A stretch of DNA of 32,681 nucleotides from a virus (lineage: Duplodnaviria; Caudoviricetes). Positions 25,981-32,681 of the stretch are shown here, piece after piece. Position 1 is the stretch's first letter, and the number at the start of each line of letters is the position of its first letter. The position numbers and the translations under genes were made by a program. Below the pieces are notes generated by a model, which saw only the letters and a list, made by a program, of their open reading frames with translations, was not told the DNA's origin and ran no database searches. The DNA lies in IMG/VR virus record IMGVR_UViG_3300017540_000013, positions 1-32,681 of that record; one strand, 5' to 3'.

Positions 25981-26336
25981 GGATGCCTTCCCAGGAACCC
26001 GAGGATTCTCACAAGGTCATCTTCAGAAGGCTGACTTGGTGGCCTTCCTCCCCACAAAAGGAACATCTCATCAGTCCTTCCGCGCTGTTTGTACCAAGTA
26101 ACCCACAGTGCAAGAGGGCTACCGTCACGAAGGTCCACTCCATCAATCTTGATGGTCATGTACTTCTGGTCATCGCAGAAGCGGTAGTCAGCATCCTCGT
26201 GCCCTTCAAGGTCACGAATTGCGTTTAGGGTCGCGCAGTTCCAGTTATTGCTGAACTCATCCGATTCCCATGCACAAACGGGATTACTTCCACTCCATGT
26301 CTTTCCGCGCTCCCTACACAGATTGCACTTGCTCAT
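25977..26336 (-). CDS. Cys-rich hypothetical protein
   Basis: C..C..RGKTWSGSNPVCA..NWNCATLN..WYK.RG; ATGA coupling. Confidence 0.75.
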   Translation of the reverse strand: MSKCNLCRERGKTWSGSNPVCAWESDEFSNNWNCATLNAIRDLEGHEDADYRFCDDQKYMTIKIDGVDLRDGSPLALWVTWYKQRGRTDEMFLLWGGRPPSQPSEDDLVRILGFLGRHP

Positions 26337-26755
26337 GCCGTCACCTCCATATCCCCAAACACCACGCCGTGCTGCGCCCCGAATGCTTCAATCAGGGTTT
26401 GCAGGTCCACCATCTCGCCAACGGTCATCCGCGAAGTCCGCGCACCTAGCATCACGAAACCGCCGTCAATGCCGGGACTGACGCGCTGCCCTTTGCGCAA
26501 TGACGCCGTGAAGATGTCCTTCCAGTCCTCCGGTGACAGGTACGTCTCACGCCCATCGACCGGCCACTTCACCTGCCGGGCTACGTCGTGTAGTAGCGCC
26601 CACAGGCGGGAGTTTTGTTCTAGTGAGCGCCTTGACTTGCACTCCGACATGTCCAGTCGCACGGATTGACCCAGCTCTAGGTACGAACAGGCTTTGCGCC
26701 AGGCAGCAGCCATGCGGGGGCGTGCGTTCTCGGGTCTTAGAATGTAGGTGGTCAT
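26333..26755 (-). CDS. ninB: NinB/Orf family recombination protein; start ATG 26755
   Basis: RSLEQNSRLWALL, WKDIF, TSRMTVGEM..LIEAFGA. Confidence 0.9.
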   Translation of the reverse strand: MTTYILRPENARPRMAAAWRKACSYLELGQSVRLDMSECKSRRSLEQNSRLWALLHDVARQVKWPVDGRETYLSPEDWKDIFTASLRKGQRVSPGIDGGFVMLGARTSRMTVGEMVDLQTLIEAFGAQHGVVFGDMEVTA

Positions 26756-26931
26756 TTCGCTCTGTCCTGTTCCACTGCCTGCTTGCATCGCTCCAGTGCG
26801 CCATCGCCTCGTTCGGTAGTGAGTCGCACGTCGCCCTTGGCTGCCGTGTAGACCTTGTCCTCGCCGCAGAACGCCTTGCTGATGAAGTAGGGACCGTCCT
26901 GAAGGCAGTACGCGGATATCTGCTTCCACAT
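26752..26931 (-). CDS. Small hypothetical protein
   Basis: TGATG and ATGA overlaps with neighbours. Confidence 0.7.
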   Translation of the reverse strand: MWKQISAYCLQDGPYFISKAFCGEDKVYTAAKGDVRLTTERGDGALERCKQAVEQDRAK

Positions 26932-28199
26932 CAAAACTCCTCGCGCGCCAGGTCTGCGAAGCGCATGGTTTTCTCGATGAACGCAATCCGTTTCGGGCCG
27001 GTCGGTCCGTGACGGTTCTTCTCAATGAGAACCTCGGCGATGCCTCGGTGCGGGCTCTCGTGGTTGTAGACCTCGTCCCGGTACAGCATCAGGATTTGGT
27101 CTGCCTCTCGGGTCAGCTCGTCGCTGTTGGCAAGGTCGCCAGCACGCGGGCGCTTGTCCTCGCGACTGTCCACGCCCTTGACTACCTGAGCCAGCGAGAC
27201 CACCGGAATTTGCAGGTCGCGGGCAAGGTTCTTCATGCCGCGAGCCACCTGCGAAACCTCGGTGATGCGGTCCGCTCCGGGGACCGTGATGCGTTGCGCG
27301 TAGTCGATGTACAGGACGCCGATGTCGTGGGTGTGCTTCCACTTTCTGGCCATAGCAACCAGCTCATCCAGCGTCACGGCACTGCGGTCGTAAATCCACA
27401 TATCGCGCGGGAGCGCCTTCGAGATGCCGACCTGCAAGGAACTCCAGTCGTGTTCCTCGAACTTGCCGGCTCGCAGATGAGCAGCGCCTACACCAGAGGC
27501 GGCAGACAGGCGGCGCAGGCCCAACTGCACCACCGGCTGCTCGGCGCTGATGATGCCTGGGCGCTTGCCGGCATCTGCCGCAGCCTCGGCCATGCAGCCC
27601 ATAAAGGCCGTCTTACCCATCGCGGGACGCGCGCCAATGATGATGAGGTCCGAGTCGTGCAGGCCGCCCAGGATGTCGTCCAGCGCCCGCAGGCCGGTCG
27701 TGATACCGGGCAGGACTCCGCCGTTGGCGTACGCCTTCTCGACCTCGCGCCATGCCATCTGGAGCGCTTGCTTGCCGGTGTACTCGCACTCGGTCACCGT
27801 GGCGTTCAGCGCCATCAAGGCGGCCACCGCACTCTCCACCGCGCCCTCCTCCCCAGCGCGGGCACGGGAGGACAGCTCCAGCCCAATCTGCACGGCCTCG
27901 CGGCGGCGCCAGTTCTCGCGGACGATGGTGGCGTAGGTCGCCACGGCGGACGAGCCGGGGACGTTCGCAGCGAGGTCGATGGCGGCCTCGTACAGGTCCG
28001 GGTGCAACTCGCCGATGGTCACCGCGTCCGCAGGTTCACCTGCCAGCACCCGGTCGCGGATGGCGGCGTACAGGCGGGCGCGCGGGGCGCTGGTAAAGTG
28101 GTCTGCCGACAGCAGGGTCGCCACGTCGTGCAGGCGGTCGTTCTCCAGCAGCAGGCCGCCCAGCACGGCCTCCTCGGCGAAGGTCGGGGTGACGGTCAC
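26931..28199 (-). CDS. dnaB: Replicative DNA helicase, DnaB family
   Basis: AEEAVLGGLL, GARPAMGKT, IDYAQ, LAQ, EADQILMLYRDEVY, KNRHGPTG. Confidence 0.96.
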   Translation of the reverse strand: MTVTPTFAEEAVLGGLLLENDRLHDVATLLSADHFTSAPRARLYAAIRDRVLAGEPADAVTIGELHPDLYEAAIDLAANVPGSSAVATYATIVRENWRRREAVQIGLELSSRARAGEEGAVESAVAALMALNATVTECEYTGKQALQMAWREVEKAYANGGVLPGITTGLRALDDILGGLHDSDLIIIGARPAMGKTAFMGCMAEAAADAGKRPGIISAEQPVVQLGLRRLSAASGVGAAHLRAGKFEEHDWSSLQVGISKALPRDMWIYDRSAVTLDELVAMARKWKHTHDIGVLYIDYAQRITVPGADRITEVSQVARGMKNLARDLQIPVVSLAQVVKGVDSREDKRPRAGDLANSDELTREADQILMLYRDEVYNHESPHRGIAEVLIEKNRHGPTGPKRIAFIEKTMRFADLAREEF

Positions 28200-28891
28200 A
28201 GGGTCACCTCCGGGCGCGGAGGGCGTGGAACCGCCGGGCTGTTGAACTGACCTGCCGGCTTCGGCTCATACACGTCCTGCCAGCCAGACCGGATGGCGGT
28301 GTCGATGAGGGCCGGCACGTCATGGCCCTTGGCCTTCAGGCCCGATAGGTGCCGGAGCATTCGCTCACGGGCCTTGTCGGTCATCGGCTTCCGCATGGCC
28401 TTCCGGTGGTCCACGAAGTCCTGCCACTTTTCGGCAGGCAGCCAGTCGGGCAAAACCTCCCTGTTTACTTCTTTTCTTTCTTCTCTTCTCTTCTCTTCTC
28501 TAGGTAACGCATGTGTAACGCTCAGAGCGTTACTTTCAGCGTTACATTTTGTGCGCTTGACGGCGACCCTTTTTGCCGTAAGTGCCCGATTTTTCGCGGT
28601 TTTCCCGTTGTGCCGGTCAAAGTTGGGAATCAGCAGCTCGCTGCCCCTCTGCTCAAGCCAGCCGACAAGAGCCATTGCCTCTGCAAAACCTGTAACGCCA
28701 GTGATCCGATCTAGTAACGCATATGTAACGCCAGCAGCGTTACCAGATTCAGTGTGTTTGTCGAACCAGGCCCACACGCGAAGCAGCTTGCCCACTACCG
28801 CGTCCGGGTCCAGTCCGAGAATCCCGGCGATGCGATAGACCTCCGGCTTATCCGGGAGCTCAAGTTCAATCTTCATCCAGTCGCCGGACAT
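28196..28891 (-). CDS. Phage replication initiator; start ATG 28891
   Basis: MSGDWMK..KPEV..VVGKLLRVWAW; EEKRREE linker; LPDWL..W..HRK C-terminal domain; internal iterons. Confidence 0.85.
   Translation of the reverse strand: MSGDWMKIELELPDKPEVYRIAGILGLDPDAVVGKLLRVWAWFDKHTESGNAAGVTYALLDRITGVTGFAEAMALVGWLEQRGSELLIPNFDRHNGKTAKNRALTAKRVAVKRTKCNAESNALSVTHALPREEKRREERKEVNREVLPDWLPAEKWQDFVDHRKAMRKPMTDKARERMLRHLSGLKAKGHDVPALIDTAIRSGWQDVYEPKPAGQFNSPAVPRPPRPEVTL
28464..28743. repeat. Putative replication origin: eight GTAACGC/GCGTTAC iterons plus a pyrimidine tract
   Basis: GTAACGC at 28504, 28515, 28692, 28714, 28725; GCGTTAC at 28527, 28539, 28737; CT-rich tract 28464-28501. Confidence 0.8.
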
Positions 28892-28896
28892 GCTCG

Positions 28897-29070
28897 TCAA
28901 TCCCCCTGAAACAAATCTCGTTGCGGCGGGCGCTGGATACGGTTCCAGGCCTCGGCGTCTTTCTGCTTTCTCTGTGCGTCGTAGCGGCGCGCTTCCCACG
29001 GCAGGAGCGGGTCGGGCGGTCCGACGGCCAACTCCTTGCAGATGCGCGCCCATTCGCTCTGGGGTGTCAT
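28897..29070 (-). CDS. Hypothetical protein (57 aa, MTPQSEWARICK; not in ORF track)
   Basis: ATGA overlap; fills the gap before the initiator. Confidence 0.6.
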   Translation of the reverse strand: MTPQSEWARICKELAVGPPDPLLPWEARRYDAQRKQKDAEAWNRIQRPPQRDLFQGD

Positions 29071-29279
29071 GCGGACTCACCCTTCCGGAAGTGCTGCTCA
29101 ATGAAGCTCGTCAGGCTCTGCGCATTGCCCTGAAGGGGCACCGCTACACCAAGGTCATTGAAGACCTGGATGATTCCGTAGCCGTTCTCGGCATAGCCCG
29201 TTTGAGGAGTCATGTGCAGCGGACGGACGAGCCAGCCGTTGCCAACGACCTCGATGACGATGGATTCGCCTGGCTTCAC
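29067..29279 (-). CDS. Hypothetical protein (GTG start, 70 aa)
   Basis: RBS GGAGG, GTGA overlap; IEVVGNGWLV. Confidence 0.65.
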   Translation of the reverse strand: MKPGESIVIEVVGNGWLVRPLHMTPQTGYAENGYGIIQVFNDLGVAVPLQGNAQSLTSFIEQHFRKGESA

Positions 29280-29482
29280 GCCCCAACCTCCTCTACCTTC
29301 TCCACCCGCTGGGTGTTGAGGCGGCGTCTCCAGTGAATCACTGGCTTCATTCGCCGAAGGCAGATTCCGACGTGCGCACCATGCTTCCGCGCGTAATCGA
29401 AGGCTCCCGGCATTAGAGCAAGCAGGCGGCCAACTCGGTCGTTCGCGAACTTCCGGGAATTCACTGGAGAACCTCCTGCCAC
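29276..29482 (-). CDS. Hypothetical protein
   Basis: Tiles between neighbours; may start at GTG 29464 after CAGGAGG. Confidence 0.55.
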   Translation of the reverse strand: MAGGSPVNSRKFANDRVGRLLALMPGAFDYARKHGAHVGICLRRMKPVIHWRRRLNTQRVEKVEEVGA

Positions 29483-29691
29483 TTAGCAGTCGGGCCGCAG
29501 AGGGAGTCGTTCCATCTCGCCTCGTCACAGGTAAATCTCAGGGATCCATCTCCGAACAGATCGGTAGCGGCGCACAAAGATGGAGTTGCCCGAACAACCC
29601 CCATGCCCGCAACATCCACGGATGCCTTGCGGTAATGCCGGCACAGGAGGCAGGTCGGGTGCCTCGGCTCATTGGTTAGTTCCTTTTCCAT
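29461..29691 (-). CDS. Cys-rich hypothetical protein
   Basis: RBS GGAGG, TAATG overlap; CLLCRH..C..C..CGP. Confidence 0.7.
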   Translation of the reverse strand: MEKELTNEPRHPTCLLCRHYRKASVDVAGMGVVRATPSLCAATDLFGDGSLRFTCDEARWNDSLCGPTAKWQEVLQ

Positions 29692-30071
29692 TACGCAACC
29701 AGCCTCCAAGCAGTGAGGCAGGCATCGGCAGCGCGCTCCGCCTCGTCACGGTGAATGAAGTGGCCCTTGTGGCGGGATTCCGCCTCCACCCTGTCGCGGT
29801 ACTGCTCGACCAAGTTGCAGCCGGTGGCTAGGGCGAATCGATGGAGTCGCGAGGCCGGCATGGTTCGCTTGCTCGTCTCGCTGGCAATCTCCGACAGGCA
29901 GCTATCGGTGTTCCAGCCGCACAGGAGCGCCACGGATTTCTGGTCTCGGCCATAGCGGCGCTCTGCAATACGCAGGCATTTGCGCACTGCGTCAGCCTCG
30001 GAGCGAACCCCCAGCACCACGTCTAGCGGGGCGTCTAGGGGAAATTCGCATTGGTTCGCATCGGTTCGCAT
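29691..30071 (-). CDS. CII-like HTH transcriptional activator; start ATG 30071
   Basis: HTH-like QKSVALLCGWNTDSCLSEI; follows a tR1-like terminator; start overlapped by 10-bp-period repeats. Confidence 0.65.
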   Translation of the reverse strand: MRTDANQCEFPLDAPLDVVLGVRSEADAVRKCLRIAERRYGRDQKSVALLCGWNTDSCLSEIASETSKRTMPASRLHRFALATGCNLVEQYRDRVEAESRHKGHFIHRDEAERAADACLTAWRLVA

Positions 30072-30080
30072 GAGTTCGCG
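30045..30080 (+). promoter_or_regulatory. pRE-like CII-binding direct repeats
   Basis: TTCGC at 30045, 30055, 30065, 30075 (exact 10-bp period). Confidence 0.65.
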
Positions 30081-30094
30081 TCGGGGTTTGAGTG

Positions 30095-30125
30095 AAATAA
30101 AGGCCCAGCCCCAAAGGACTGAGCC
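30095..30125 (-). terminator. tR1-like terminator
   Basis: Minus strand GGCTCAGTCC-TTTG-GGGCTGGGCC-TTTATTT. Confidence 0.75.
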
Positions 30126-30133
30126 GCGATGAG

Positions 30134-30328
30134 TCAATCAGTGCTGTGTTGTTCCGCGCCCTGCACTACGCAGGCGGGAGGGGTGTTGTCCGAGCGGAAC
30201 AGGAGCGACGCGGCCAGCAGGACGACCAGCGCCCAGATGACGAAAAACGAAGCCTTTAAGTCAGCGGGAGGCGCCATATCGACGCCGTGGCGGCGCTTGG
30301 GGTCGCGGCATACGGAATGGTTAGTCAT
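30134..30328 (-). CDS. Small single-TM protein
   Basis: RBS GGAG and ATG; hydrophobic FFVIWALVVLLAASLLF. Confidence 0.55.
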   Translation of the reverse strand: MTNHSVCRDPKRRHGVDMAPPADLKASFFVIWALVVLLAASLLFRSDNTPPACVVQGAEQHSTD

Positions 30329-30414
30329 GGCTCCACATCCAGATCAGGTGGCCGAAGAGGGCCAGCAGTGCGAGGATTTGCAGGAACAGCAGCAAGTTGG
30401 TCGGGGGAAAGAAC

Positions 30415-30630
30415 ATGGACAGCGAGAACAGCCCCACCCCAACGAAGCTCAGGCGGGATGCCCTCCTCGCCCTGATTCCCCTTGGGGTAGCGCTATGGGC
30501 CTTGTTCTTCACGGACGCACCGCCCGACGTGATGGAATGGGTTTGGCTAACCGTCCGCGTGGGGTTCGTGGTCCTGACCGGACTGAACCTCGCCTACTGC
30601 CTATGGCGGTGGCGGAAGTGGTCGAAGTAG
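30415..30630 (+). CDS. Two-TM small protein at the cro position, co-oriented with the repressor
   Basis: RBS GGGGGA, ATG 30415; two TM helices and a basic Trp-rich tail. Confidence 0.6.
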   Translation: MDSENSPTPTKLRRDALLALIPLGVALWALFFTDAPPDVMEWVWLTVRVGFVVLTGLNLAYCLWRWRKWSK

Positions 30631-30671
30631 TGCCCACACCGAACCTCCTGGGGGTTGGTTGTGGGTGAGAC

Positions 30672-30713
30672 ATTACCATTTGGTGATGGTGGCGAGCAAT
30701 ACCATTTGGTAAA
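30672..30713. promoter_or_regulatory. OR-like operators and pR
   Basis: 16-bp near-palindromes ATTACCATTTGGTGAT (30672) and AATACCATTTGGTAAA (30698); minus-strand TTGCTC-18-TAATGT. Confidence 0.8.
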
Positions 30714-30741
30714 CCGTTCGTCGGAAACTCAGACTTGGGGG

Positions 30742-31305
30742 ATGCCAGCCAAAGACTCAGCCCTAGTAGCCGCCCGCCGATCTCGGCTGAAAGAATGGAT
30801 CGACGCCAAGCACGACGGCTCGCAAGCCGCGTTCGTTACAGAGACCAAGTTCAATCAAGGGATGCTGTCAAGCCTCCTCAAGCAGGATGGAAAATCTTTC
30901 GGGGAGAAGGTGGCGGCAAATCTCGAGGTCATCGCGAAGATGCCACCGGGCTATCTTGTTAAGGCTCTGGATCCATTGGGGGATAATGAGTCTCAGGCTG
31001 CGGGACTCACCCTTGAAACACTGCAAGCCGCACTCGTTGCTGTGAAGAAGGCAATCCGGGCGGCGGATGTGGAAATAGATCTCTACAGCACCGCCCCTCT
31101 GATAGCCTTTGCCTATAGAGAGGCCGCTGGACTGCCAGCCAACCCCACGAAGGCCGCACTCAAAGAGTTCGACAAGCACATTTCGGAACGTTTGCTTGCG
31201 GGGGTGAGCAATGGTGAATGGAAAGAAGAAGGACGAACTGCTCGAACTGGCTCAGATGGCTTTAAAACAGGCAAGGCCAAGAAGGCGGCGAATCGGAATA
31301 GTTGA
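30742..31305 (+). CDS. CI-like repressor (XRE HTH, no S24 peptidase domain); start ATG 30742
   Basis: RRSRLKEWI..SQAAFV..NQGMLSSLL..FGEKVAANLE..PPGYL; divergent from early genes, next to operators. Confidence 0.85.
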   Translation: MPAKDSALVAARRSRLKEWIDAKHDGSQAAFVTETKFNQGMLSSLLKQDGKSFGEKVAANLEVIAKMPPGYLVKALDPLGDNESQAAGLTLETLQAALVAVKKAIRAADVEIDLYSTAPLIAFAYREAAGLPANPTKAALKEFDKHISERLLAGVSNGEWKEEGRTARTGSDGFKTGKAKKAANRNS

Positions 31306-31432
31306 CGCTGACGGATCTGTAAGTGAGATAGTTGGAGATCCTCCTAGAAATAATGCTGTGAGTTCTGGCAATACGAGAGCTGCGCACGTGATCACGCTGA
31401 AGTGCAGAGGGGTGCCTAATGCTCAGTCGTAA
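31211..31432 (+). CDS. Hypothetical protein overlapping the repressor 3' end
   Basis: GGGGTGAG before ATG; bridges repressor and lipoprotein genes. Confidence 0.5.
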   Translation: MVNGKKKDELLELAQMALKQARPRRRRIGIVDADGSVSEIVGDPPRNNAVSSGNTRAAHVITLKCRGVPNAQS

Positions 31433-31649
31433 AGCTTGTGTTTTTCCGGCGTTCCTGCTGCTGGCTGGATGCAGTCAAGCGGGCGACAACTCCAAGCCAC
31501 GCTATGGCGAGACTGGCCTCCCTAAGAACTGTCGCGCGATAGTCCAGGCAAATATTGATGGATATCGAAGCAAACAGTACACAGCTGACGAAGTCATGGC
31601 ATCACTCGAAAGAAACTGCGGAATAAGCGGCTACGCTTGGGAGGAGTGA
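31419..31649 (+). CDS. Small lipoprotein (moron)
   Basis: RBS GAGGGG; lipobox LLAGC; two further Cys. Confidence 0.8.
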   Translation: MLSRKACVFPAFLLLAGCSQAGDNSKPRYGETGLPKNCRAIVQANIDGYRSKQYTADEVMASLERNCGISGYAWEE

Positions 31650-31650
31650 T

Positions 31651-32112
31651 ATGCGGAAGCTAGCTTTTCTCGCAGGCCTGGCCGTAGTCAATCTAACCGC
31701 TTCGGCCGAGCAGCCGCTGAGCCGCGATGAGGAGGGGGAAATGGCCCTAGCATTCATCCGGTGCTCTGGGCTGTATCAAGCAATGGCTGACGTCGTGAGC
31801 GCAGGTGGCAAGCCATCAGCAGCGGAGCACTTGCGTGGGCTTGGGCGCGGCGCGCAAACGGCTGCACTTTGGACATATGCAGCCAACTATGCGGCCCAGA
31901 ACCCGGACGACCCCAAGCCCTTGGGCGCGTGGTCGAGTTACGTAGAGCCGCAGATTGAGACTGAGAAGACTAGATTCTTGGGCTTGATGGAGTTCGGAGA
32001 CTCCGAAGCCATGAAGACCGGCATGGACGAGTGCACGGCCTTGAATAAGGCTCAAGCTGAGATTGTTGGTCTGATCCGAGACGAAAGCCGGCCACAAGGC
32101 AAGGACAACTGA
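31651..32112 (+). CDS. Secreted/periplasmic protein (moron)
   Basis: RBS GGAGGAG; Sec signal MRKLAFLAGLAVVNLTASA; helical with a Cys pair. Confidence 0.8.
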   Translation: MRKLAFLAGLAVVNLTASAEQPLSRDEEGEMALAFIRCSGLYQAMADVVSAGGKPSAAEHLRGLGRGAQTAALWTYAANYAAQNPDDPKPLGAWSSYVEPQIETEKTRFLGLMEFGDSEAMKTGMDECTALNKAQAEIVGLIRDESRPQGKDN

Positions 32113-32160
32113 TCTAGCAGCCCGCAGTAGACGCCAGCAAACCTACCGTTCGTCGGACGG

Positions 32161-32203
32161 ATTACCGTTTAGTATTGCCAATCCAATTACCGTTTGGTAA
32201 TTT
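32161..32203 (+). promoter_or_regulatory. OL-like operators and pL
   Basis: ATTACCGTTTAGTATT (32161) and ATTACCGTTTGGTAAT (32187); TTGCCA-17-TAATTT. Confidence 0.8.
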
Positions 32204-32232
32204 AACCCCATCAACCCAACGGGAGATGGGAA

Positions 32233-32391
32233 ATGAACGCAAGGGTTCCGAACGAGCCGGTATCGACTGAGGGTCTTGAGGTCGTCCGGTATGAGCCAGT
32301 CGAGGACGTGCCGGATTGTCTGCCGGCTATCACCCCGCCGCTGTCGCCCGCTGAGCAGGAAGAGGCCGAACAGGCCGGGGTGCGGGGATGA
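32233..32391 (+). CDS. First pL gene, 52-aa acidic protein (not in ORF track)
   Basis: RBS GGGAG, ATG 32233, ATGA overlap with the next ORF. Confidence 0.6.
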   Translation: MNARVPNEPVSTEGLEVVRYEPVEDVPDCLPAITPPLSPAEQEEAEQAGVRG

Positions 32392-32681
32392 GCCGCTACG
32401 CCTACCACTTTGTCGCCGACACCCTGCGCGACGGCCGCCCTATTCCGGCTGATGGTGAGTGGCTGGAACACTCCGGAAAGGTCGTCATCTGCAAGTCCGG
32501 CCTGCACGCCAGCTGGCATCCGTTCGATGCACTCCAGTACGCCCCGGGCAACACCCTTTGTCTGGTGGAAGTTGAGGACGTGGTTTCCGAGCAGTCAGAC
32601 AAGCTCGTATGCCGTCGCCGTCGCATCGTCAAGCGCATCGACTCCGAAGCGCTGACCCGAGAGTTCGCCCGTTGGTGCGCC
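32388..32681 (+). CDS. Phage protein truncated by the window edge
   Basis: Open to the edge: MSRYAYHFVADTLRDG..ICKSGLHAS..FDALQYAPG..DKLVCRRR. Confidence 0.75.
   Translation, partial: MSRYAYHFVADTLRDGRPIPADGEWLEHSGKVVICKSGLHASWHPFDALQYAPGNTLCLVEVEDVVSEQSDKLVCRRRRIVKRIDSEALTREFARWCA

Larger units (their letters stand above)
107..32681. mobile_element. Temperate prophage (P22-like structural module, lambdoid regulation); runs off the right edge
   Basis: att core and integrase, followed by tail, head, terminase, lysis, replication and immunity modules in canonical order. Confidence 0.97.

Noticed and set aside
27009-28250. 413-aa + strand ORF
   Set aside because: Antisense shadow of dnaB
28464-28743. 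CRISPR-like array
   Set aside because: Repeats are 7-mers within a coding gene, without spacer structure; better explained as iterons

Overview
Apart from about 100 bp of host DNA at the left edge, the window is one temperate prophage with P22-like (podovirus) structural genes and lambdoid regulation. A GC-rich Xanthomonadales-like host is my inference. The left end has a host terminator, a 17-bp tRNA 3'-end att core (107-123) and a tyrosine integrase (+). The minus-strand late operon carries tail/receptor-binding genes, three ejection proteins, a gp14-like protein, a split gp10-like tail hub with an inserted Ig + Asp-box propeller, an adaptor, capsid, scaffold, portal, terminases and an expanded SAR-endolysin/spanin lysis cassette. 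Its leader contains a ~630-nt structured non-coding tract with tRNA-Thr(UGU), at least one CCA-ending tRNA-like RNA, and a pR'/tR'-like control site behind a Q-position gene. Next come a nin-like region (SPFH, metallophosphoesterase, dATP/dGTP diphosphohydrolase-like, resolvase, Ref-like nuclease, NinB), DnaB and an initiator with iterons, and a cII-like gene. The immunity region has a peptidase-less repressor, paired palindromic operators, no visible cro and envelope-protein morons, followed by the start of the early-left operon. All product calls come from motif recognition and synteny, not database searches.
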